A stretch of 64,000 nucleotides of DNA from Chitinophagales bacterium. Its GTDB lineage: Bacteria > Bacteroidota > Bacteroidia > Chitinophagales > BACL12. The stretch spans positions 22,947-86,946 of the forward strand of contig JBGAWP010000005.1 of assembly GCA_044227505.1 (NCBI GenBank), written 5' to 3'. Below, one piece after another: positions 20,334 to 30,489 of the stretch. The first letter of the stretch is position 1; each line of letters opens with the position of its first letter. The notes beneath the pieces are model-generated. The model saw only the letters and a program-made list of their open reading frames with translations. It ran no database searches and was not told the DNA's origin. Made by a program: the position numbers and the translations under genes.

Positions 20334-20469
20334 TTGCCGAATGACGGTAAAATTAAACCAAAAATGTTATTTGGAAACAATCTAAGTAGTGGAAAAACAT
20401 AAAATAGCAAACATTTTTGATTTTTTAACAAACTTTGCAGTGGATTGTTTGTTGTAATTAGATAATAAT

Positions 20470-20877
20470 ATGAGAACTACTGTATGCAGAAGAGCTACTT
20501 TTAATGCCGCGCACAGGCTTTTTAATCCAGCGTGGGATGAGGAAACCAATGATCACATTTTTGGTTTGTGTAATAATCCGAATTATCACGGACATAATTA
20601 TACACTCATCGTAAAAATAACCGGCGACATAAATCCGGAGACAGGTTATGTAATAGATCTTAAAAGGGTAAAACACCTGATCGATCAATTAGTTATCGAG
20701 CCCTTCGATCACAATAATTTAAATCTGGATGTTCCTGATTTTAAATATTTAAACCCAACTGCAGAAAATATTGCAAAGGTGATCTGGGAAAAATTCCGCA
20801 AACATTTGGATGATTCCTATGATATTAAAATTCAACTGTACGAAACGGAAAATAATTTTGTGGAGTATCCGGCTTGA
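20470..20877 (+). CDS. queD: 6-carboxytetrahydropterin / 6-pyruvoyltetrahydropterin synthase
   Basis: FNAAHRL, CNNPNYHGHNY, PTAENIA, ETENN. Confidence 0.85.
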   Translation: MRTTVCRRATFNAAHRLFNPAWDEETNDHIFGLCNNPNYHGHNYTLIVKITGDINPETGYVIDLKRVKHLIDQLVIEPFDHNNLNLDVPDFKYLNPTAENIAKVIWEKFRKHLDDSYDIKIQLYETENNFVEYPA

Positions 20878-20879
20878 TC

Positions 20880-21278
20880 TTAAATTATTTTCAGCTTATT
20901 TTCATCTCCCATTTTAAACAACATCAATCCAGCAATATTTTTTCCTCTCATTTTCATTTCCTCTGCTTTTTCACCGCTGTATAAACGGTCAATTGTTTCG
21001 GTAAATAATTTCAACCAACGGTCAAAATGTATTGCGGTTAATTTTATTTGTTCATTTAATTTAAAATGTGGTGACATTGCATTTCTTGTATACACGGTTG
21101 TGCCCAGCACTGTTGCTTCCCAAAAATCATACATAATGGGTAAATGTTCTTCCCAATTTACCTTAGCGATATCGTTAAAAATAAATCCAATAACATCATC
21201 AGCCTTCACTTTTTCATAAAAGCCATCAATTATAATTTTTATATCTTCTCTGTTGAGAATTTCGTTTTTAGATTCCAT
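20880..21278 (-). CDS. Group III truncated hemoglobin
   Basis: FYEKV..D..IG.IF, WEEHLPIM.DFW, HFDRWL.LF.ET.D. Confidence 0.9.
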   Translation of the reverse strand: MESKNEILNREDIKIIIDGFYEKVKADDVIGFIFNDIAKVNWEEHLPIMYDFWEATVLGTTVYTRNAMSPHFKLNEQIKLTAIHFDRWLKLFTETIDRLYSGEKAEEMKMRGKNIAGLMLFKMGDENKLKII

Positions 21279-21280
21279 TT

Positions 21281-21685
21281 TTATGTGCTGAGAATTAATT
21301 CGGTATTTATTTTTATTGATTTTGTTAATATTTTATGCACGGGACATTTATCGGCTACTAAAATTAATCTATTCTTCATTTCTTCTGTTAGCGGTTTGCT
21401 AAACCGGAGCATTCTGTGAAAAATTGTTTCTGATTCCTGATTTTCTAACTCCACATTTACATTTATATCACCCACGTCCCATTTTTTTTGATCAGAATAC
21501 ATTCTTAATGTAATAGAGGTACATGCAGCCAAACTCATGCTTAATAATTCCCTCGGTGAGGGGCCCGTATCAGAGCCTCCTTTATGTTCCGGTTCATCGG
21601 CTAATATTTCTGATCTGCCGTTGGTAAGTATAGTTTTATAAGGAGTTGAACCTAAACTTGCTGTTACCTGTATTTTATCTTCCAT
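21281..21685 (-). CDS. OsmC family protein
   Basis: ADEP...GG.DTGPSP.ELL, ACTSITLRMY, KCPVHK. Confidence 0.92.
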   Translation of the reverse strand: MEDKIQVTASLGSTPYKTILTNGRSEILADEPEHKGGSDTGPSPRELLSMSLAACTSITLRMYSDQKKWDVGDINVNVELENQESETIFHRMLRFSKPLTEEMKNRLILVADKCPVHKILTKSIKINTELILST

Positions 21686-21821
21686 TTTACTGTTTTTGGT
21701 AATTCGATGCTAAAGGTATACACGGGAAGGGTTTTTGTTATAAAAGGTTGGTTAACAATGTTTATCCTTACATTAACCTTAATTAACTTTGCACACCAAA
21801 TTTAATCGGGGTGTGCATTGT

Positions 21822-21829
21822 TAACTTTG
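21822..21829 (+). promoter_or_regulatory. Bacteroidota -7 promoter element for the moxR-bat operon
   Basis: TAACTTTG matches TAnnTTTG, 38 nt before the ATG; a second copy lies at 21784-21791. Confidence 0.55.
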
Positions 21830-21867
21830 CAACCCTGTGATTTTTTAATTGACTAAACTTATATTAC

Positions 21868-22869
21868 ATGGAAACTTTGGCATCTGCTGAAATTAAAGAA
21901 CTTAACGACCGAATACACGAAGAAAGCGCATTTATCGATCTTTTGCGTCTGGAAACATCCAAAGTAATTATTGGTCAAAAATACATGATAGACAGACTTT
22001 TACTGGGTCTGCTTTCGCAAGGTCATATTCTATTAGAGGGAGTTCCTGGATTAGCTAAAACGTTGGCTATCAAGACATTAGCAAATGCAATCAACGCAAA
22101 ATTTTCCAGAATTCAATTCACTCCCGACCTTTTACCGGCCGATCTGGTAGGTACGCTCATTTACAATCAAAAAGACAATGTTTTCAGTGTAAAGAAGGGG
22201 CCAATTTTTGCCAATTTTATTTTGGCCGATGAGATAAACAGAGCACCTGCAAAAGTGCAAAGTGCATTATTGGAATCCATGCAGGAAAAGCAGGTTACTA
22301 TTGGTGATAAAACGTATAAATTGGAAGAGCCTTTTTTGGTACTGGCAACTCAAAATCCAATTGAACAGGAGGGAACATACCCGTTGCCTGAGGCGCAAGT
22401 GGACAGATTTATGATGAAAGTGGTGATAAATTACCCCACAAAAGAAGATGAAAAACTTATCATCAGGCAAAATGTGACCGGGGCAGAAATAAAAATAAAA
22501 CAAGTTATTTCACCTGAGCAAATACTTTCAGCAAGAAATCTTGTTAAGGATGTTTATATGGATGAAAAAATTGAGAATTATATTCTCGATATCGTTTTTG
22601 CAACAAGAAAACCGGAGGATTTTAAACTAAACAAAATAAAACATCTCATTACGTACGGAGGTTCTCCGCGTGCTTCTATTAATCTTGCATTGGCGAGTAA
22701 GGCTTATGCATTTATTAAAAGAAGAGGTTACGTAATTCCAGAAGATGTGCGCGCAATATGTCATGATGTGCTTCGCCATCGAATTGGATTAACTTATGAA
22801 GCAGAGGCGGAAAATATTACTTCGGAAGAAATTATTTCCGAGATTTTGAATGTGGTGGAGGTGCCATGA
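21868..22869 (+). CDS. MoxR family AAA+ ATPase (Bat-associated)
   Basis: GVPGLAKT, RIQFTPDLLPAD, DEINRAP, EQEGTYPLPEAQVDRF. Confidence 0.95.
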   Translation: METLASAEIKELNDRIHEESAFIDLLRLETSKVIIGQKYMIDRLLLGLLSQGHILLEGVPGLAKTLAIKTLANAINAKFSRIQFTPDLLPADLVGTLIYNQKDNVFSVKKGPIFANFILADEINRAPAKVQSALLESMQEKQVTIGDKTYKLEEPFLVLATQNPIEQEGTYPLPEAQVDRFMMKVVINYPTKEDEKLIIRQNVTGAEIKIKQVISPEQILSARNLVKDVYMDEKIENYILDIVFATRKPEDFKLNKIKHLITYGGSPRASINLALASKAYAFIKRRGYVIPEDVRAICHDVLRHRIGLTYEAEAENITSEEIISEILNVVEVP

Positions 22870-22998
22870 GAAAGGTTGAAGGGGTTGAAAACGTTTAATA
22901 CGGAGAAACTGAGGTTATCGCTTATAGGAGGGTCTCAGCAGAGTTGACAGCCAGCGCAACCAATTAATAAATTACCAAACTAAAAAATTACCAAATTG
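22870..22998. repeat. Repeat-armed spacer: G-rich 9-mers on the left, C/A-rich 8-mers on the right
   Basis: gaaaggttgaaggggttgaaaacgtt ... ccaattaa taaattac caaactaa aaaattac caaattg. Confidence 0.45.
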
Positions 22999-23871
22999 GA
23001 TAAGGCAGCGTTGTTAAAAAAAGTCAGGTCCATTGAAATAAAAACCAAGGGTATTTCCCAGAATATCTTTTCGGGAGAATATCATTCTGCATTTAAAGGA
23101 AGGGGGATGAGTTTTAGCGAAGTGAGGGAATATACTTTTGGCGATGATGTGCGCAATATTGAGTGGAATGTTACTGCACGAATGAGTCATCCCTATATAA
23201 AAGTATTTGAAGAAGAGAGAGAGTTGACCGTGATGTTAATTATTGATGTAAGTCAATCGTCGTATTTCGGAACTCAAATTCAAATGAAAAATGCATTAAT
23301 TACCGAAATTGCAGCAGTATTATCATTTTCAGCAATTAATAATAATGATAAAGTTGGGGTGATATTATTTTCCGATCGCATCGAAAAATTTATTCCTCCC
23401 AAAAAAGGCAAGTCGCATATTTTGAGAATTATAAGTGATTTATTGGAGGTTGCCCCGGAGGGGACAAAAACAAATATTTCCCTGGCGATGGAATACTTTA
23501 ATAATGTGGTGAAAAAAAGAAGTATAGCATTTGTTTTTAGTGATTTTATCGACAAAGACTATGAAAAACCTTTGCGGATCGCTGCACGTAAGCACGACCT
23601 AATTGGGGTGCACATTCATGATAAAAGAGAAGAAGAATTACCTGATGTTGGTATAGTACGCATGTTTGATGCTGAAAAAAATGAAGTGATGTGGGTTGAT
23701 ACTTCCAATGAGAGAACCAGAAATCAGTACAAAAAGAATTTTATTGAAAATGTATCACAATTCAAGACAACATTTTCGAAAAGTGGTGCGGATACAATTA
23801 GTATCAATAGTGAAAAACCCTATATCAACGAATTACATAAATTTTTCAGGAAAAGAATAATGATGCGATAA
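22996..23871 (+). CDS. DUF58 (vWA-like) protein
   Basis: GEYHSAFKGRGMSFSEVREY.FGDDVR; FEEERELTV..IDVSQS. TTG start. Confidence 0.92.
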   Translation: MDKAALLKKVRSIEIKTKGISQNIFSGEYHSAFKGRGMSFSEVREYTFGDDVRNIEWNVTARMSHPYIKVFEEERELTVMLIIDVSQSSYFGTQIQMKNALITEIAAVLSFSAINNNDKVGVILFSDRIEKFIPPKKGKSHILRIISDLLEVAPEGTKTNISLAMEYFNNVVKKRSIAFVFSDFIDKDYEKPLRIAARKHDLIGVHIHDKREEELPDVGIVRMFDAEKNEVMWVDTSNERTRNQYKKNFIENVSQFKTTFSKSGADTISINSEKPYINELHKFFRKRIMMR

Positions 23872-23877
23872 CGAACC

Positions 23878-24807
23878 ATGAGGAAAGGAATAGTACTTAT
23901 ATTACTTTTATTAATTATAACAACACTAATAAATGCTCAGGTTAGTGTATCTGTAAAAACCGATAAGGGCCAATATCTTATCGGCGATTATATTCGTGTT
24001 CAATTGAATGTTACTTCCGATTCAACATATACGCTGGACTGGCCAAACGAAAACAACATAACAACCTATGATCTTATCACAAGCAACCCTATTGATACCA
24101 CACGCATTAATAATACGTATAATTTAAGACAGGAATTGGTTTTCAGCATCTACGATTCCGGGACCTATTATCTTCCACAAATTAAAATAGCCTACAAAAA
24201 ATTACGCGATACCGCAATGTATTTTGCGTTTTCAGATTCTGTTTTGTTTACCGTACAAACAGTGCCCGTGGATACCACAGCAACTATAAAACCCATTAAA
24301 GAAGTAATTCAGGTAAAGGTTGTAAATTATACATGGATTTATATTGTTGGTGGATTAATATTATTGGCTGGAATTGCTTTAGTGATTTATTTTGTTTTCT
24401 TTAAAAGCAAAATTCAAATAATTATTAAAGAAAAAGTTCCCACTGTTTCCTATTATGAAAAAACAATTCAACTACTGAAAGAATTGGATTTAAAAAAATT
24501 GTGGCAAAAGGATGACCTTAAGGAATATTATTCTGAATTAACGGAAATTGTTCGTGCTTATTTGGAAAAACGTTTCGGTATTAAGGCATTGGAGAGTACT
24601 TCAGATGAAATACTTGCACAATTAAATAATGTTGATGTATCTGCGCAGCAAATAGAACATATTCGTTTTATACTCGAATTGGCTGATCTTGCAAAATTTG
24701 CTAAGTCGCGACCACTTCAAAATGAAAATATATCGGCAATGCAAAATGCATTTTCATTTGTGGAATCAACAAAGCCGGTAGAACCAAAACCTGATACAAA
24801 ACAATGA
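23878..24807 (+). CDS. Bat-operon single-pass membrane protein (BatD-like N-terminus)
   Basis: Signal peptide, one TM segment, KEYYSELTEIVR.YLE.RF...ALESTSDE and ADLAKFAK. Confidence 0.75.
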   Translation: MRKGIVLILLLLIITTLINAQVSVSVKTDKGQYLIGDYIRVQLNVTSDSTYTLDWPNENNITTYDLITSNPIDTTRINNTYNLRQELVFSIYDSGTYYLPQIKIAYKKLRDTAMYFAFSDSVLFTVQTVPVDTTATIKPIKEVIQVKVVNYTWIYIVGGLILLAGIALVIYFVFFKSKIQIIIKEKVPTVSYYEKTIQLLKELDLKKLWQKDDLKEYYSELTEIVRAYLEKRFGIKALESTSDEILAQLNNVDVSAQQIEHIRFILELADLAKFAKSRPLQNENISAMQNAFSFVESTKPVEPKPDTKQ

Positions 24808-25820
24808 TGGATCTTATAAAAGATATTAGATTTGAAGACCCATGGTTCTTTTTGCTGCTTTTGCTGCTGCCGTTATATTTCTATTATAATAAAAATCGGG
24901 GGCGCAGCAAATATGTGGAGTTTAAGATCTCCTCATTGGAGGGGTTTAAAAATAAAAATAGTACCCCATTAAAAATTAAATGGCTGCCGCTGTTGTTTAT
25001 TTTGAGGATATTAAGTTTCATTGTGATCGTAATTGCGCTTGCACGTCCGCAAACCGGTTTCAGCAATAAAAGAATTTCTTCTGAAGGAATTGATATGATG
25101 TTGTCGCTTGATGTTTCAACAAGTATGTACGCAATAGATTTCAGGCCAAACAGGATGGAAGCGGCCAAAGTTGCAGCAAAGGAATTTATTGATAGTCGCC
25201 CGGGTGATAGGATCGGATTGGTAGTATTTGCAGGTGAAACATTTACACAATGCCCCGCAACTCTGGATCATGAATTATTAAAAACCCAGGTGGATAATGC
25301 CGATAATTGGTATTTACAAGATGGCACTGCAATTGGTGATGGATTATTTATGTCAGTTAACAGGTTGGCTGATACCACTAATTTAAGTACCAAGGTGATC
25401 ATACTCTTAACGGATGGTGTAAGGATGGGTGGAAAATTTTCACCGATAGATGCCGCAAATGCAGCTAAACAATTAAATATTCGGGTTTATACAATAGGCG
25501 TGGGAAGCGATACGAATTTGCCCATTCCGGTTGTTGATAAAAATGGGAGAAGAGTGTTTGACCTTGATCCTCGTATTTCATTTGATGAGTCAACTTTAAA
25601 GGAAATAGCAGATATTACCGGAGGAACCTATTTTAAAGCGACCTCGAAGGAAAAATTAACAGAAATTTACCGGGAAATTGATACAATTGAGAAACAAAAA
25701 ATAGATGTTGATATTACCAGAAGATATGACGAGCAATTTCATTTGTTTGTTTTAGCGGGGTTTATTTTATTATTAATTGAATTAATTTTAAGACATACAA
25801 TTTTCAGATCAGTAACGTAA
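24804..25820 (+). CDS. batA: BatA vWA-domain protein
   Basis: ALARPQ, DVSTSM (MIDAS), GTAIGDGL, ILLTDG. Confidence 0.9.
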   Translation: MMDLIKDIRFEDPWFFLLLLLLPLYFYYNKNRGRSKYVEFKISSLEGFKNKNSTPLKIKWLPLLFILRILSFIVIVIALARPQTGFSNKRISSEGIDMMLSLDVSTSMYAIDFRPNRMEAAKVAAKEFIDSRPGDRIGLVVFAGETFTQCPATLDHELLKTQVDNADNWYLQDGTAIGDGLFMSVNRLADTTNLSTKVIILLTDGVRMGGKFSPIDAANAAKQLNIRVYTIGVGSDTNLPIPVVDKNGRRVFDLDPRISFDESTLKEIADITGGTYFKATSKEKLTEIYREIDTIEKQKIDVDITRRYDEQFHLFVLAGFILLLIELILRHTIFRSVT

Positions 25821-26873
25821 ATGCAATTCGAAAATAGTACATATTTATATTTGTTGTTAATACTGCCTTTTGTGGTAGTATTATTTTATTTTTATGTTCT
25901 ATGGCGAGTAAAAGCTATAAAAAAACTGGGTGATGAACATTTGATCAACCGGTTGATGCAACAGAACTCGCTTAAAAGAAAGTGGATAAAGATCTCCTTA
26001 TTAATGGTAGCGCTTGCATGTTTTGTTATTGGACTTGCAAATTTGCGAATGGGTTCCAAAAAACAAAAAATTACCGGAGAAAGCGCTGAAGTGATCATTT
26101 GTTTTGATGTTTCAAATAGTATGCTGGCAACTGACGTAAAACCCGACAGGCTAGAACAGGCAAAACTAACAACGAGTCAATTGATCGAAAAATTAGCATC
26201 CAATAAAATCGGGTTGATCGTTTTTGCAGGTCAGAGTTATGTGCAAATGCCGCTTACCAGAGATTCGAGAGCGGCGCTTATGTATTTAAATACGATTAAC
26301 ACCGGTATGGTTTCGTCGCAAGGTACTGAAATAGGAAAAGCAATTGAGACCGCTTTAGTGGAATTTGAAACGGGAGGGGAAGAAAATTCAAAAAAAGGAA
26401 AAGCAATCATTATTATCACAGATGGAGAAAGTCATGATGAAAACGCCGTGGAAATGGCTAAAGAAGCTGCGGATAAAAATATTAAAATAATTACCCTCGG
26501 CGTTGGCACTAAAAACGGAGGGCCTATTCCTATAAAAAAGGGAAATAAATCGGAAGGATTTAAAAAAGATAAAGAAGGAAATATAGTGCTCACAAAACTA
26601 AATGAACAAATAATGCAGGAATTGGCCGCAGAGTCCGGTGGATTGTATATGAATGTTAGTGAAGGGCGAAAAGTGGTGCAAAAGGTATATGAAGAAATTG
26701 ATGCATTGGATAAGACCAAAGATGATTCGTATGAGTTTTCTGAATACGCAAATCACTTTCAGATCTTTTTGGGAATCGGCTTATTGTTCATGACCCTCGA
26801 ATTCTTCTTATCGGATAAAAAACCAAAATGGCTTGAAAAAATAAATTTATTTGACGCTGTAAAAAACACTTGA
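25821..26873 (+). CDS. batB: BatB vWA-domain protein
   Basis: DVSNSMLATDVKPDRL, QGTEIGKAI, ITDGESHD. Confidence 0.9.
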   Translation: MQFENSTYLYLLLILPFVVVLFYFYVLWRVKAIKKLGDEHLINRLMQQNSLKRKWIKISLLMVALACFVIGLANLRMGSKKQKITGESAEVIICFDVSNSMLATDVKPDRLEQAKLTTSQLIEKLASNKIGLIVFAGQSYVQMPLTRDSRAALMYLNTINTGMVSSQGTEIGKAIETALVEFETGGEENSKKGKAIIIITDGESHDENAVEMAKEAADKNIKIITLGVGTKNGGPIPIKKGNKSEGFKKDKEGNIVLTKLNEQIMQELAAESGGLYMNVSEGRKVVQKVYEEIDALDKTKDDSYEFSEYANHFQIFLGIGLLFMTLEFFLSDKKPKWLEKINLFDAVKNT

Positions 26874-26874
26874 T

Positions 26875-27570
26875 ATGAAATATAGTGTAGTTATATTCTT
26901 ATTGTTGACAACCTCATTATTGATGGCACAAAAGGAAAATGTGGCCATTGACGAGGGGAATAAAAAATACACCGAACAGGATTTCCCGGGTGCTCAAAAA
27001 AGTTACAACGAAGCATTAAAGGTTAATCCTGAATCAGACGCAGGTAATTTTAATTTGGGAAATTCCCTTTTTCAGCAAAAGGATTATGAAGGGGCACTGA
27101 ATCAATTTAGAATAGCTGCAGAAAACACAAATGATCCTGAAGTGAGATCTCAGGCATATCACAATATGGGGAACGCGCTGCTGGAACAAAAAAAATACGA
27201 AGAAAGTATTAATGCATACAAGCAGGCGTTGCGCAACAACCCTGATGATGTGGATACAAAATATAATCTTGCTTATGCTCAAAAAATGATCCAGCAACAG
27301 CAGCAACAACAAAAAAAGAATCAAGACGATAAAAAAGAGGATCAGAAAAAAGAAGATCAGAAAAAGGAGGATCAGCAGGATCAAAACAAAGAGCAACAAC
27401 CGCAAAAAGATAAACAGCAGGAACAAAAACAATCTCAGCCTAAACAATATACAAAGGAAGAGTTGGAACGTATTATGCAGGCATTGAATCAGGATGATAA
27501 AAATGTTCAGGAAAAAGTAAATAAACAGAAAGTTCAGTCTGCCGGAGCGGAAGCAGAAAAAGATTGGTAA
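26875..27570 (+). CDS. batC: BatC TPR protein with Q/K/D-rich tail
   Basis: TPR repeats, KKEDQ x3, C-terminal EKDW. Confidence 0.88.
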   Translation: MKYSVVIFLLLTTSLLMAQKENVAIDEGNKKYTEQDFPGAQKSYNEALKVNPESDAGNFNLGNSLFQQKDYEGALNQFRIAAENTNDPEVRSQAYHNMGNALLEQKKYEESINAYKQALRNNPDDVDTKYNLAYAQKMIQQQQQQQKKNQDDKKEDQKKEDQKKEDQQDQNKEQQPQKDKQQEQKQSQPKQYTKEELERIMQALNQDDKNVQEKVNKQKVQSAGAEAEKDW

Positions 27571-27572
27571 TT

Positions 27573-29414
27573 ATGAAAAAGATACTTACAACCGGAATAA
27601 TGATGTTTTTTATTGTGCAGCTTTTTGCGCAACAGGCGTCATTAACTGCAAGCGTGAGTAAATCGAAGGTTGCATTAAGTGAGAGATTTCAATTGACACT
27701 CACTGTAAACAACGGAGGAACGCTAAAAGATTTTCGCCCACCTGCAATGGCTGATTTTATTGTTATGGGAGGCCCTAATCAATCATCAAGCACAATGATC
27801 GTGAATGGAAAGGTTACATCCTCAGTTTCTTATTCATATGTTTTGCAACCAAAAAATATCGGAAAATTTACTATCGGAGCTGCCTATGTAAAAAGTAATG
27901 ATAAAACACTTTCCTCTCAACCTATTGCAATAGAAGTTGTAGATAAACCCACTTCCACACAAAATAATACTGTTGATCAAACAACAAAACAAAATGAAAC
28001 AAACACGGATATTAATAAATACATACAAGATAATGTTTTAATAAAAACCGAAGTAAGCGATCAGGAGATCTACAAGGGAGAGGATGTTACCGTTACCTTA
28101 AAATTTTGCGTGAAAAAAAATTCTTCCATTTATGGTTATAGAATTATGCAGGCCGTTAAGGTGCCAAAATATGATGGATTTTATGCCACGGAAATTGAAT
28201 TAAGTGAACAGCAAGCGCAAACGGAAACAATAAATGGTGAAGTATATGAGGTAAGTACCTTTAAAAAAACAATACTTACTGCACAAAAGGCAGGAAAGCT
28301 GGAAGTGGATCCAATTACATTGGATGGTTTATTTGGGGTTCAGGTAAAAAAACAAAAATCCAAATCAGGTGACCCGATGCAGGATTATTTAGATGATTTT
28401 TTCTCCAATCCTTTCAGCTCAGGAAATAAAGAGGTGCGTGCATCGGTTTCCTCCTCTGCAGTAAAAATTAATGTGTTGGAACTGCCTGCAAATGCCCCTG
28501 CAGATTTTAATGGGGCAGTAGGTAAATTCAGCATGAAAACAGAACTGAATGCAATATCCACAAAAACCGACGAACCTCTTACTTACAGAGTTATTATTAC
28601 CGGAAATGGAAATCTGGAATTATTTAATGCACCGGTATTAAATCTTCCTCCGGGTTGGGAAACATATGATCCAAAAACATCTTCCAACAGCAACTCAAAA
28701 ACCTACGAATATTTATTAATACCCAGATCACCCGGCGAATTTACAATCCCTGCATACACATGGTCATTTTTCAATCCTGAAAAGAAAAAGTATGAAACAA
28801 TCTCCTCAGAAACCTATAAAGTAATTGTTGAAGCCGGACCAGGTTACAATCCTTCAGCAGGAAATTATGCTGCTAATAAGGAAGATGTGGAAATGCTCGC
28901 GAATGATATTCGGTATATTAAAAAAACCGGTCCGAATTATGTAAATTCAGCAAACCGTTTTTATGGAACAGCAGCGTTTTATACCTTACTCGGGTTGCCA
29001 TTTTTTGCTGGGATCGGAATATTTGTATTAACCGCCAAAAGAAAGAAAATATTGAGTGATCATGTTGCACTTAAATATTCAAAGGCAAATACCACGGCAA
29101 AAAAACGATTGGTAAAAGCAAAAGAATTTGTAGCAACCAATAATGCAAAAGCATTTTACGACGAAATTATTAAAACTTTATGGGGGTATTTGGCCGATAA
29201 GCTCAATATTAAACACAGTGATCTTTCAAAAGAAAATATACGGGAAGTTTTGGTGCGTCGGCAGGTTTCAGAAAACACATGCGACAATACCTTACAACTT
29301 TTAAATACCTGTGAAGTTTCTTTGTTTGCGCCGCAATTGAGTTCTGCAACTTTAGAACATGTTTACAAAGACGCAATGGATATTATTACTAAATTAGAAA
29401 CGGAAATAAAATGA
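27573..29414 (+). CDS. batD: BatD protein
   Basis: GPNQSSS...NG, FNGAVGKF, LWGYLADKL. ATG 27573. Confidence 0.88.
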   Translation: MKKILTTGIMMFFIVQLFAQQASLTASVSKSKVALSERFQLTLTVNNGGTLKDFRPPAMADFIVMGGPNQSSSTMIVNGKVTSSVSYSYVLQPKNIGKFTIGAAYVKSNDKTLSSQPIAIEVVDKPTSTQNNTVDQTTKQNETNTDINKYIQDNVLIKTEVSDQEIYKGEDVTVTLKFCVKKNSSIYGYRIMQAVKVPKYDGFYATEIELSEQQAQTETINGEVYEVSTFKKTILTAQKAGKLEVDPITLDGLFGVQVKKQKSKSGDPMQDYLDDFFSNPFSSGNKEVRASVSSSAVKINVLELPANAPADFNGAVGKFSMKTELNAISTKTDEPLTYRVIITGNGNLELFNAPVLNLPPGWETYDPKTSSNSNSKTYEYLLIPRSPGEFTIPAYTWSFFNPEKKKYETISSETYKVIVEAGPGYNPSAGNYAANKEDVEMLANDIRYIKKTGPNYVNSANRFYGTAAFYTLLGLPFFAGIGIFVLTAKRKKILSDHVALKYSKANTTAKKRLVKAKEFVATNNAKAFYDEIIKTLWGYLADKLNIKHSDLSKENIREVLVRRQVSENTCDNTLQLLNTCEVSLFAPQLSSATLEHVYKDAMDIITKLETEIK

Positions 29415-30199
29415 TAAAACAATTTATTTCAATATTTTTCTTTATTGTTTTGGCTTATCCATTATTTGGACAGAAAGATAGCACTGATACCAATATTGAT
29501 ACTACCACTTTTGTGTATGGTAATGTTATGTATGAAAAAGGAGAATATACAAAATCCATACAGATATACGAAACTTTATTATCCCAAAACGGACCCAGTG
29601 CAACATTGTATTACAATCTTGGGAATTGTTATTATAAAATAAATAAACTCGGGTTATCCGTTTTAAATTATGAACGTGCATTGATGTATGATGGTCGTAA
29701 TGAAGATATCAAATACAATCTGGAACTTGCAAATTTGAGGATAAGGGATAAAATAGAACCAATAAACGAAACACTTATTACAATATGGTCGCGCGATTTT
29801 ATTAAAATTTTCTCTGTTCACAGTTGGGCATTTTTTTGTATATTATTTTTGTGGATAGCACTGGCAGGATTTGTTATTTACCGATATTCCAAAAAAAGAA
29901 ATTTTCAACAATATGGTTTTTGGGGATTTGCGGTTTCACTTTTATTTTTTGTAATAACTTTTATTTCTGCGGTTGGCAGGAACAACTACGATAATAATTA
30001 TCAGTTTGCCATTGTTATGGCGCCAAGTTCCATCGTTAAAAGTGAACCTAACGAAAGCAGCACAAATATGTTTTTAATTCATGAAGGATTAAAAGTGCAG
30101 TTATTGGAATCTGATAATAATTGGACAGAAATTAAAATGCCTGATGGCAATGTTGGATGGTTGAAAAATGAGGATATTGTCAGGGTGAGTGGTGAGTAG
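29411..30199 (+). CDS. batE: BatE TPR/SH3 protein
   Basis: YYNLGNCYYK, YERAL, IHEGLKV...WTEIKMPDGNVGW. Confidence 0.88.
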   Translation: MIKQFISIFFFIVLAYPLFGQKDSTDTNIDTTTFVYGNVMYEKGEYTKSIQIYETLLSQNGPSATLYYNLGNCYYKINKLGLSVLNYERALMYDGRNEDIKYNLELANLRIRDKIEPINETLITIWSRDFIKIFSVHSWAFFCILFLWIALAGFVIYRYSKKRNFQQYGFWGFAVSLLFFVITFISAVGRNNYDNNYQFAIVMAPSSIVKSEPNESSTNMFLIHEGLKVQLLESDNNWTEIKMPDGNVGWLKNEDIVRVSGE

Positions 30200-30417
30200 G
30201 GAGTGGTGAGTATGATCCTTGTAAACCGGAATTTCTCCTCCTGACCAATGAAAATTTTTCGTGAATCGTCAATCGTGAATCGTGAGTCCGGAATATCGTA
30301 AGCCGGAAGTTTTTACTCCTGACTAATGACTCCTGACAAATGAGTGAGTGGTGAGTAGGGAGTAGTGAGAGTGCCCCTCGAATGCCGGAAGTTTTTTCTC
30401 CTGACTAATGACTCCTC
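30184..30417 (-). repeat. Three degenerate copies of the 81-bp modular repeat (inverted relative to 52983-53229)
   Basis: ggtgagtggtgagtagggagtggtgag...gtaagccgga...ctcctgactaatgactcctgaca matches the reverse complement of the 81-bp unit. Confidence 0.88.
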
Positions 30418-30426
30418 CCAAAACAC

Positions 30427-30489
30427 ATCAGTGCAATCCGCGAAATCCCTAAAATCCGCGATCCAAAAGTACATCCGCGATCAAAAGTG
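30427..30489. repeat. AATCCGCGA-type 9-mer tandem with a short duplication covering the neighbouring stop codon
   Basis: aatccgcga aatccctaa aatccgcga tccaaaagt ac atccgcgatcaaaagt. Confidence 0.6.
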
